Assembly (NCBI RefSeq): GCF_006345805.1
Contig: NW_021833121.1
Coordinates: 1-64,000, forward strand
DNA: 64,000 nt
Source of the DNA: Octopus sinensis
Taxonomy: Eukaryota
Direction of reading: 5' to 3'
Positions within the stretch are counted from its first letter, which is position 1; each line of letters opens with the position of its first letter. The position numbers and the translations under genes were made by a program. A model generated the notes under the pieces. It saw only the letters and a list, made by a program, of their open reading frames with translations, was not told the origin of the DNA and did not search any database. Shown piece by piece: positions 12,278-22,734 of the stretch.

Positions 12278-15200
12278 CTCTTTAGTGTTCAGATTAATCT
12301 GTCAAATGTAATGCTTATTTGTTCACGTTATTTTGAATTATTCAGGTTCAAGAGGGGTGTCCACAATAATTGCTTGTAACTTTGTTTTTTATTATATACA
12401 GATTTGAAATTTTGTCAGTGGGTGCTTATATACCAAAAGATTATAGTTATGTAATTTTAGCTGATCTAGTTGATTAACTTTGACTTTTATGAGCAAGTAA
12501 ATTTAATTAACAGTAATAACATTATGGATAAACACTAAAACTGAAATTCTTAATGCATCTTACCTATATGATTTGTTGCGAAAATCATCCCCAATCTCAA
12601 CCAGTAACAATTTTGCCACTTTTCAAGAAGAAGCACATTAATTTGAATTACATTTATAATTAGCATAAGATTTTATTCTTTTCCTGTATTTCATTCAAAT
12701 ATTCTTATCGAAAATCATCATCATCATCATTTCATGTCCGCTTTCCATGCTAACATGGGTTGGATGATTTGCTTGAGGTCTGGCAAACCAGATGGCTGCA
12801 CCAGACTCCAGTCTGATCTGGCAGAGTTTCTACAGCTAGATGCCCTTCCTAACACCAACTACTCCAAGAGTGTAGTGGGTGCTTTTACGTGCCACCGGCA
12901 CAGGGGCCAGGCTGGCAGTACTGGCAACGGCCATGCTTAATAGGCGCTTTTTATGTGCCACCTGCACAGGAGCCAGTCCAGCAGCACTGGCAACAACCTC
13001 GCTCGAATGTTTTTTCCCATGCCACCAGCACAAGTGCTAGTAAGGCAACGCAGGTAACAATCATGCTCCAATGATGTTTTTAACCTGCCATCGGCTCAGA
13101 GGCCAGATTGTTGCTCTGGCAACGATCTCACTCATATGGTACTCTTAGCGCCCCACTAACACAGATGTCAGTCTTCGAGTTTGATTTCGATTTTGACTTC
13201 ACTTGCCTCAACAAGTCTTCGCAAGCAGAGTTTATGCCTCAACAAGTCTTCGCAAGCAGAGTTTAGTGTCCAATGAAGGAAAGGCATGCAAAAGTGGACT
13301 GGTTACACCCCTGGCATAGACCATAAGGTTATGGTCTCACTTGCGCTTGCTGAGTCTTCTCAAGCGCAGCATATTTCCAGAGGTCCCGGTCACTAGTCAT
13401 TGCCTCGGTGAGGCCCAGTGTTTGAAGGTCATGCTTCACTACCTCATCCCAGGTCTTCCTGGGTCTACCTCTTCCACAGGTTCCCTCAACTGCTAGGGTG
13501 TGGCACTTTTTCACACAACTATCCACATCCATTCTCGCCACATGACCATACCAGCGCAGTTGTCTCTCTTGCACATCACATCTGATGCTTCTTAGGTCTA
13601 AACTTTCTCACAAGGCACTAACACGCTGTCGAGTATGCACACTGACATTACACATCCATCGGAGCATGCTGGCTTCATTCTTTGTGAGCTTACGCATGTC
13701 CTCAGCAGTCACGGCCCATGTTTTACTGCCATGTAGCTGATTGTACACATGTGTCGTACAGTCTACCTTTTATTCTGTGAGAGAGGCCCTTTGTCACCAG
13801 CAGAGGTAAGTGCTCTCTGAACTTTGCCCAGGCTATTCTTATTCTAGCAGCTACACTTTCAGTGCACCCTTCCCCGTTACTGACTAGGTCACCTAGGTAA
13901 TGGAAGCTATCAACTACTAGTTATTCTCTCTGGGATGTGGTGGAAGTTGTTCTTTGCACATTTTCAGTTTTATTTATTGCTCCTGAGCATCTGCCACATA
14001 CAAAACTATCCTCCCAGGTAGCCTTCCTTTGATATTGCTGCACCTCTTATGTGTCCATAGCTTACACTGGGTACATCTTATAGAGTTTCTACCTACGCCT
14101 TCTCTACAGATCAAGCAGAGCCATCTACTTCAAGGGATTTGTGGTTTGCCTGCCTTCCTACTTATTAGGACTTTGGTTTTAGCTAGGTTGACTCTAAGGC
14201 CCTTTGATTCTAATCCTTCTTTCCATACTTGAAACTTGTGCTCTAGTTCTGATAGTGACTCAGCAATTAGAGCAAGGTCATCAGCATAGAGGAGCTCCCA
14301 GGGGCATCCTGTCTTGAATTCCACCATTATTGTCTGGAGGACTATGATAAATAGGAGGGGGCTGAGGACTGAACCTTTATGGACCCCTACCTCTACCCTG
14401 AATTCTTCACTGTACTCGTTGCCAACCCTCACCTTTCTGACAGCGTTCATGTACATGGCTTGCATGGCTCTCACTAACCATTCAACTATCCCTAGTTTCC
14501 ACATTGACCACCAGATAAGGGATTGGGGGACCCTGTCAAAGGCTTTCTCCATGTCAACGAAAGTCAGGTACAGGGGCTTATCTTTGGCTAGGTATTTCTC
14601 CTGCAGCTGTCTTACCAGAAATATAGCGTCAGTGGTGCTTTTCCCTGGCAAGAAACCAAACTGCATCTCATCTAGTACAAAACTCTTATACTAGTCAATA
14701 TACCATTGGCTATGTACTCTTATACAATTTAATGAATACATTTACATAACAAAATGTATCTAATAAAGAAAGCTCATTAATAGGTGAGGCAAAGGTGAAT
14801 ATAGGTGTGTAACATAAATATGTATGAAAATAAATATGTATTTTGCACTTTCACATATTATTTCTAATAAAATGAAAAGAATACATGATAGTATTACTAT
14901 CAAACAACAAAATATAGTAATGCCATGTTTCTATGGTGAAACTGTCCAAAGCACCCTTTACACAAGGGCACTTTGCAAAACAAACACATATATGAGGTCT
15001 CAAAGTGATATCCTTTCGGAGTTTTACTTATTTGCAGTGAACACAATCTGCAAACTTTTTCCCTACCATTCATTTTCTCCACTTTATGGAAGTCAATATT
15101 TTCTCTCAGTTAATTTTGTTTTTCTCCCAGTTCTGTGCTTTCTGGAAGAAAAGCCCTCCCATAACTGAGATGCAATGTCAACCCAAAATTTCAAATGGTT

Positions 15201-16010
15201 GTAGTCCTTTGGTGGTGAAGGTACCTTGTGGCTTTTTACATGATATATGAATTAACTATAGTTAGACATAATGCTGGAGATATATGGGTCACCATACCTT
15301 ATATCAGGATTCCACTAGTTCCTCAGCTGAGTAAGCTTCTTGATACCAAACATAATGTTTATAGTAAAAAAAGCTCGCATTTCCACAGTATCAGTTGGCT
15401 GTCATAATGGATCGGGTCTTCCGCGAAAATAAATTATGCCTTGAACATTTGTTTCCTCCGCGACAGTTTCAAAAAAATTTTTCAGTAAAAATAAAAATTA
15501 ATAGATAGTCCAGTCATTGAGCATTGGGAGGTAGACTGTATTATGGACCAGTCTTTTCTGTGAAATCAGAAATTGTGGTTGATGTAGTAATCTTCAACCA
15601 TGTTGCCATAATGTTTTCAATATCATTTATATCACTTTCATTATAAAAATTTTCCTCATCTGATGAAGATTCATAAATGTGAATATGATTTGTCTTCAGA
15701 CAAATCATTGCTGTTTTCATTTGTGTTTTATACATCATCAAGAGTAAAATCTTTGAAGTTGGAATTGCTACTTGCTGATACCATATCATTAAAAACCAAG
15801 AAGTCTCAAAAATTTCACCATATTTTTACTTGAATAAAGGTGGGAAAGGCTTTATCTCGCATTATCTGAAAGCTACGAGAATTCAATAATATAATTTGTT
15901 TATCTTTTTAGTGATTTTGTAGAGAAATCAGATATGGCAGATTTGACTGGTTCAAACAAATAAAGAGGAATAATTTTCAGCCAGTAATGACCTGTTTAAA
16001 CACTAAAGGC
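12278..16010 (-). mobile_element. piggyBac-like DNA transposon, internally deleted, with TTAA target-site duplication
   Basis: TTAA at 12274-12277 and 16011-16014; TIRs CTCTTTAGTGTT and AACACTAAAGGC; transposase remnants (EMRAFFTINIMFGIKKL..W..D..YG.PYISSIMS) and a C-terminal Cys-rich domain (VCRLCS..ETSYMCLFCKVPLCKGCFGQFH). Confidence 0.88.
12716..14674 (-). mobile_element. RTE LINE (dominant family), 5'-truncated, nested in the piggyBac element
   Basis: ORF 14130-14666 QFGFLPGKSTTDAIFL..AFDRVP..LYADDL; PHD-like Cys/His cluster at about 13985-14125; RLRWYGHV thumb; 3' UTR; (ATC)n tail at 12716-12731. Confidence 0.93.
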
Positions 16011-17101
16011 TTAATTATTGTGATATCACTGCCTGTATCCAATTGTAACATGATATTCACTTTATTCATTTTTATAAACTCGAATTTTCTTTTCTGAGCC
16101 TTGCTTAGGATTTCTGTTGACAATACCTTCTTGCCAGAATTTATTTCATTCAACCTTTAAACATTTTCGTTTCCTTTTACATTGTGAGCTTTTGTGACCT
16201 ATTTTTCCACGCTCAAAGCATTTTAGATTTTTAAAAGAGCAGTTACATTTGAAATGTAAACCTCCATTCCTATAGCATGGATTGGGTCTTGACATTTGTT
16301 TCTTTTTTCTATTCATTCAGGTCAACATGAATGAATATGAGAGCAATCTTTTCTTTCAATTTTATCTGCGTCATCTCTTAAATTTATAATCCTCTGGCAT
16401 TCTTCTGCTACAGTCTACAGAGTTAATTTTTGGTCTTGTTCTAATGTTGTTAATATTCAGAAATGGATATCTGCATCTTTGCTTGATCAAAAATTAGACA
16501 TTTGAACATGTCAAGGGTTAATTCATTTAATTTGAATTTTTCATAATCTCTTAACAACCCTGGCATAGGTGACAAAATCTTCATCATCTTCTTTAACCAA
16601 ATTTAAATACTACCAGTGAGTACAGAACAGGGAACTTCTTTCACTGAAATCTTTCAATAAAAAATTATTTCATCACAACAAATCTCACCTGGTTTCTTCG
16701 GCAGAATATAGCTACTATATTTTTCATGTTCAGCAGGGGATAACTTTCTTAAAAGTAGTAGTACTTTTTTCTCATCCATCCATACATTCTTCTTTGAACA
16801 TTTCTTCATATCTTTGAGAATATACAGAGAAGGTGATCCAGTCTTCTGGATTATAACTGAATTCTCCAACTGAGTTTGCTATGCTCTCTGGCGAGTATGA
16901 ACCTTAAGTATTTTTAAACTTCTTTAATTTTAATCCAAGCAACTGTTGGCTTTGCTGTTGTAGTTGCTGTTGTTGTTACTGTTGTAGTTGTTGTTAATGC
17001 TGATTTTGCATGGAGGCCAATAAGTCCTCCATGTTAAACAATTTTTTGTTTTGCACCAAAAGTTTTAATGTTCAATGCAAGCTTCGAATATCTCATCGCC
17101 A

Positions 17102-17300
17102 TTTTTATAGCCTACTGCGTTGGATATATTTTCTGATTTGGGCGTAAAGTAAGGTCTTCGTATGATGTAGTACTACTGCTGCTAGATGAGGCTAAACACT
17201 TTCTATCAACTGCTCGAGTCAACTCGACAGTTCTTTATTTTATAGAAAAGTATCAGTCCATGTTTAATCATTAGGAAGTGGTCGGAATCCTTCCACAACA
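17102..17300 (-). mobile_element. 5' LTR of the Gypsy element
   Basis: Begins TGTTGTG at 17300, contains an overlapping TATAAAATAAA (AATAAA at 17239-17234), and ends next to the PBS-like TGGCGATGAG. Confidence 0.7.
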
Positions 17301-17489
17301 TTATACATCTTACTCTAGAAACCAGAACTCAATGAAGTAGATGCTTTAGTAAATTTAGGCAAATTACAGAAATGACCACATATATTTTGGGATCAACTAG
17401 TTCATAATTGCTCAGAGATACGATATTACAACAAAAAAGTGAATAAAAAAAAAAAATCTTTTCAAAACTGTTGAAGTTGTGTAATCTTC

Positions 17490-17512
17490 TCATTGTTGTG
17501 GTAAATATAAAT
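17490..17512 (-). CDS. Candidate short terminal exon of the Ig gene (adds YLYLPQQ then stop)
   Basis: Strong acceptor TTTTTCTTCATTTCTAG at 17514-17513 after an 83-nt intron from the GTAAG donor at 17595; phase-1 joining gives ...LDLHIK-Y-LYLPQQ-TGA. No transcript evidence. Confidence 0.35.
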
Positions 17513-17595
17513 CTAGAAATGAAGAAAAATTTCACAAAAATATTTTGAACAAATCTATACTTTGTGCTTTATAGAGATAAAGAAGAAAAACTTAC

Positions 17596-17916
17596 ATTTT
17601 ATATGCAAATCGAGTTTCTTTGAATGGTTATCAAATTCATTTTTACCCGGAAAATATGCAACACACTGTAATTTCTTAAACTTCTTATTAAGAGTTAATG
17701 TCAGTTCTGATGATAAAGTGCTCAGCTTTCCTGATTTGCTTGTCTTGTTTGAAATATACTTTGTAACATTTTTTTTTGTTTCATCATTTCTAGTAATCAA
17801 CCAAAAGACTGAAAATTCAGGGTTGGTGTCTTTAATAAGGCATTCATAACTTTTGTTCTGATTTTCCACAGGAACTGTGTTAGAAATACTCTTGATTGTG
17901 ACTGATTTTGGTAAAA
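17596..17916 (-). CDS. Ig-superfamily exon (C2/CD80-like Ig domain, 107 codons, phase 1-1)
   Basis: Acceptor TTTCCTATTTCAG| and donor T|GTAAG; peptide LPKSVTI...YECLIKDTNPEFSVFWL...SSELTLTLN...LQCVAYF...KLDLHIK has the Ig Cys-Trp-Cys pattern; 321 nt, no stop. Confidence 0.85.
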
Positions 17917-18084
17917 CTGAAATAGGAAAAGTGATAAAAATTATATTTAGAAATGAATGGAATGTGTGTGTGTTTTTTAAAAATATATATATATGTATAT
18001 TTATTTCTGCTGGATAAGAGAACTGTGATAATAGTAATCTCATGAATATTGTTTATATATTTTTAGTTAGATGAAAAATAAAAC

Positions 18085-18210
18085 AGGCTATTGTATGTTT
18101 ATGAGTTCTGCCAAATGCAAGCTTTCTCTTCAGGTACATGATGCTGCTGTCCCCCATTCCAGGGTCTCACAGGCCCACACCTTCTACACTCTCAGAGTTA
18201 GGATACTTAA
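18085..18210 (+). mobile_element. RTE 5' fragment (region just upstream of the endonuclease)
   Basis: Matches 22920-23045 (CTATTGTATGTTTATGAGTTCTG..CAGGTACATGATGCTGCTG..CTCAGAGTT). Confidence 0.75.
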
Positions 18211-19254
18211 TATTTTTGTTAATATCAATAATCAGGTGTTGCACAATACTCACTGTTTGATCTAACTTAGCAAACCATCATATATATGGACCAACTGGAA
18301 TACACTCTTATGCTATTTTTTCTTTGGATATGCAGATGACATTTTCAAGCTCAACTCTTTTCATGGTGAGACTGACAGAGTAATCTTGCCACACAAAGTA
18401 GAAGCCAAGAAGATGTTCAGATAAACAACTTTGTTTTCCAACAGACCACACATCTAAAACCTCTTTTTACAGCACAAATTATAATTACTTTATTATTTCA
18501 TTATCTATGCATGTAAACGCGGTTTAGTCTTCCACACCATATGTTAGAAAAAACTAAAGATCCCGACATTCAATCCAATTCTCCTTTTTCATGTTCATTT
18601 ATTATTGTTATTCATTCATTTATCTAATTTTGTCACAGTTTGGCTGACCAAAACCTGTTGGTTATAACTCTAGTTAAAAATGCAAATGTCCAATTCTATC
18701 TTCTTCTTCTTATCATCATCAATCTTTCACACCAACAGCCAAAGTGTTTGTTGCTTCGCAGTGTTATTCACCTAGCAGTTTGTTATGATGGCAAGTTAAA
18801 TCCATTCCATTTGATGAATTATATTACTCTAAATTCCAAAAATTCCATCTCGCCATGTTCTGTCTTCGCCCAGCCTAACTATGGACTCTCTCTCTCTCCC
18901 TCTCTCTCTCAGTTCCGTTAACCACTTGCTTCTCCCAACACGACATTACCTCCGCGCTCCTAACCCCACCCTATATAAAGTAGCTTCATTCAGATTCTGC
19001 TGCCTCACATTTTAATATCTTGCCACACAAAGTAGAACCCAAGAAAACGTTCAGATAAGCAACTCTGTTTTCCAACCTAAAACACATCTAAAACCCCTTT
19101 TTTTTAGTGCAAATTATAATTACTTTGTTATTTCATTATCTATCTATGTAAACACAGTTTCTTCTTCCATACCATCTGCTAGTGAAAACTTAAGATCCCT
19201 ATGTTCAATGCAATTCTCTCTCTTTCTCTCTTCTTCTCTTTCATGCTCATTTAT

Positions 19255-22200
19255 TATTGTTATTATTATGGAGATTTTAATGGGCATGTTGGGCGGGATT
19301 CAGGTATCGTCACTGGTGTACACAGGGGCCACGGTATTGGTTCCCGAAACAATGAGGGAACTAGGCTACTGGAGTTCTGTGATGCATGTAACCTTTTAAT
19401 CTGCAACACTAACTTCAGCAAACCAGACAGCCACCTGATAACCTATCAATCAGGTGACTCTGCTAGCCAGATTGTTTTCATCCTCACTAGACAGTGATCC
19501 TCCCAGGTGAAGAATGTACACCCCAGCATAGGTTAGTCATTAGTGACTTTAGGCTTAAGGCCAGAAGGATACCAAGAAGCAGACCAATCTAAAACAAGGA
19601 TTGGGAAGCTAAAGAACCCTTCAAATGGTCAGAGATTTAGGGACATCCTCATCAAGAAATTTGATGAGAGGGAAGAGGAACTACAGTCTTAAAACAAAGA
19701 AGGTAGCTGGAAATTCCTACAGGACAGCTTGCTGAGTGCCACAGACCAAAACTGCGGATGGTGCAAAGTCCCTTCAAGACCTAGAGTTACGTGGTGATGG
19801 AATAGTACGGTAGACAAAGCCATTACACTAAAGAAACAGGCCTGGAAAGCCTGGGAGGGTGCGTGTAGCAGGGAACTGTACCAGGTAGACAAAAGGGAGG
19901 CTGGGCGGTAGGCATGCATAGCCAAGGGAGAAGTAGAAAAGAAGTTTGCGAAAGTCCATCAATGTGAGGACCAAAGAACTGAGGTATTTCAGATTGCAAA
20001 ACAGTGTGTGAGAGAAAATTGTGATGTCACAGGAGCGAAATGTGTCCGCATCGAAGATGGTGCACTTGCTTTTAATGATTCGGAAAAGAAAGAGGCTTGG
20101 AGAAGCCATTATGAAAGACTGCTGAATGTGGAGAATGAGAGCCTGCCAAATGTTGACCCAGTAGAGGGACCAGCTATCCGAATAGACAGCTCCCTGGTAG
20201 ATAAAGCAATTAAGGATATGAAGCCAGGAAAAGCCTCTGGCCTATCAGGAATCACTGCTGAGATGCTTAAAACAACTGGTGGTGTGGGCTATGGCCTAGT
20301 TACCTGCATTGTAAACCAGGCAGTTCATGACAGAGTCATACCCAATGACTGGCGTAGCAGCACCATAGTCAACTGCTACAAGGGTAAAGGTGATGCTCTA
20401 GATAGAAATAACTACAGGGGTATCAAACTGCTGGATCAGGTGATGAAGGTCATGAAGAGGGTCATAGCCCATCTCATTAGGCAGAGCATCTGCTTAGATG
20501 TGATGCAGTTCGGTTTTGTTCTGGGTAGAAGCACCACTGATGCCATATTCCTGGTTTGACAACAACAGGAGAAATACCTAGCTGAAGATAAACCCCTGTA
20601 CTTAGATTTTGTGGACTTGGAGAAAGCTTTTGACAGGGTTCCCCGATCCCTTATCTGGTGGGTGATGTGGAAATTGGAGATTGACGAATGGTTAATAAGA
20701 TCTGTACAGGCCCTATACTGAGAGGCCGTTAGTAAGGGGAGAGTGTCTGATTAGATGAGATGCAGTTTGGTTTTGTGCCAGGTAGAAGCACCACTGATGC
20801 CATATTCCTGGTTTGACAACTGCATGAGAAATACCTAGGTAAAGATAAACCCATATACTTAGCATTTGTGGACTTGGAGAAAGCCTTTGACAGGGTCCCT
20901 CGATCCCATATTTGGTGGGTGATGTAGAAACTGGGGACTGACAAATGGTTACTAAGAATAAGGACTGTACAGGCCCTATACAGACAGGTCGTTAGTATGG
21001 TTAGGATTGGCAATTAGTGAAGAATTCCTGGTAGAAGTAGGAGTCCATCAAGGTTCAGCCTTCAGCCCCCTTTTATTTATCATAGTCCTCTAGGCAATAA
21101 GAGGGGAATTCAAAATGGGTTGCCCTTGAGAGCTCCTCTATGCTGATGGCCTGGCCCTCATAGCAGAATTACTACCAGAACTAGAAAAGAAATTTCGGGT
21201 GTGGAAGCAAGGTTTAGAATCAAAAGGCCTTAGAGTCAATGTAGCAAAGACCAAAGTTCTAGTAAGTAGGAAGGCGAACACATCATACACCTCCTCAGGT
21301 GGCCCTGCTCAATCTGTAGAAAAGGTTTTGGTAGAAACTCTATAGGATGTACCCAGTGTAAGCTATGGACACATAAGAGGTGCAGCAACATCATAGTAAG
21401 ATTAATTGAGAAGATAGCTTTCGCGTGCGACAGATGCACAGGGGCAATAAACACCACAGATGCTCAGAAAACAGATTCCATCACACTCCAGGGGGAGAAA
21501 CTAGAAGTAGTTGATAGCTTCCGCTACCTAGGTGATCAAGTCTGTAGTGGGGAGGGAGGTGGGTGCTCAGAGAGTGTTACCACTAGAATAAAAATAAGCT
21601 GGCCAAAGTTAAGAAAGTTTCTACCCCTACTGGTGACAAAGGGCCTCTCACTCAGAGTGAAAGGTAGATTGTACGATGCATGTGTGCAAACAGCCATGCT
21701 TCACAGCAGTGAAACATGGGCTGTGACTGCGGAGGACATGTGTAGGCTCGAGAGAAACAAAGCTACCATGATCCACTGGATGCGTAATGTCAGAGTGCAC
21801 ACACGACAGAGTGTAAGCGCCCTGAGAGAAATGTTGGACATAAGAAGCATTGGTTGTGACATACAAGAGAGACGTTTGCACTGGTATGGTCATGTACTAT
21901 GGATAGATGAGGAGAGATGTGTGAAGAAGTGCAACTTCCAAACAGTTGAAGGAATTCAGGGTAGAGGTAGATTGAGGAAGACATAGAATGAGGTGGTCAA
22001 GCATGACCTTTGAATGTTGGGGCCCACAGAGGCAATGATGAAAGACCGAGATCTCTGGAGGTATGCTCTGACTGTGAAGACCTGGCAAATAAAGTGAGTT
22101 CACGGCTGTATCCTACATCAGTTTCGCATAACCAGCCCCAGCCCATTCAAAAGTACCTTGGATTGTAGGGTGACCTGCTGTGCTTGAGGAGTATATCAAA

Positions 22201-22555
22201 ATCAAAATGAAAATCAAATGGAAATTGTAGTTGTGATACCCATGCTGGTGGCACATAAAAAGCACCATCTGAACATGGCCAATGCCAGCACAGCCTTGAC
22301 TAGCACCAACTGGTGTAAAAAGCACCAACCGATTGTAGCCATTGTCAGCCTCCTCTGGCCCCTGTGCCGGTGACACGTAAAATTTACCCACTACACTCAT
22401 GGAGTTGTTGGCATTAGGAAGGGCATCCAGCTGTAGAAACACTGTCAGATCAGACTGGAACATGGTGCAGCCTCCTGGCTTCCCAGACCCCGATCGAACC
22501 ATCCAACCCATGCTAGCATGGAAAACGGACATTAAACAATGATAATGATGATGAT
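19255..22555 (+). mobile_element. RTE LINE (dominant family), decayed, with an internal duplication of about 250 bp
   Basis: GDFNGHVG endonuclease motif; ORF 20008-20559 (KGDALDRNNYRGIKLL); intact PHD-like finger at 21306-21437; RLHWYGHV; 3' UTR; (GAT)n tail ending about 22555. Confidence 0.93.
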
Positions 22556-22734
22556 TCATTTATCTAATTTTGTCACAGTTTCACTGACTGAAACCTGTTA
22601 GTTATAGCTCTTGTTAAGAATGCAAATGTCCAATTCCATCTCATTATTTTTATTAGTATTATTTCTATTATCATTGTTTTCATTATTATTATTCTTTCAC
22701 ACCAGCAGCCAGAATGTTTGCTGTTTCAAGCTGT

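Larger units (their letters stand above)
10715..17300 (-). mobile_element. Decayed Ty3/Gypsy LTR retrotransposon (5' LTR, gag, protease, RT, RNase H), split by a piggyBac insertion
   Basis: PBS-like TGGCGATGAG at 17101-17092; gag (DEKKVLLLLRKLSPAEHEKYSSYILPKKP); protease LQLDTGSDITIIN ending at TTAA 16011-16014 and resuming at 12273 (IGKPKLKETSKIACGVS); RT CLDNIVI and KCEF; RNase H VASNASEYGIGAI and FSQIEKEALAI. No integrase or 3' LTR seen. Confidence 0.9.

Noticed and set aside
12560-12650. Strong minus-strand donor (AG|GTAAG) with a short open frame
   Set aside because: It lies inside the piggyBac terminal region and has no polypyrimidine acceptor.
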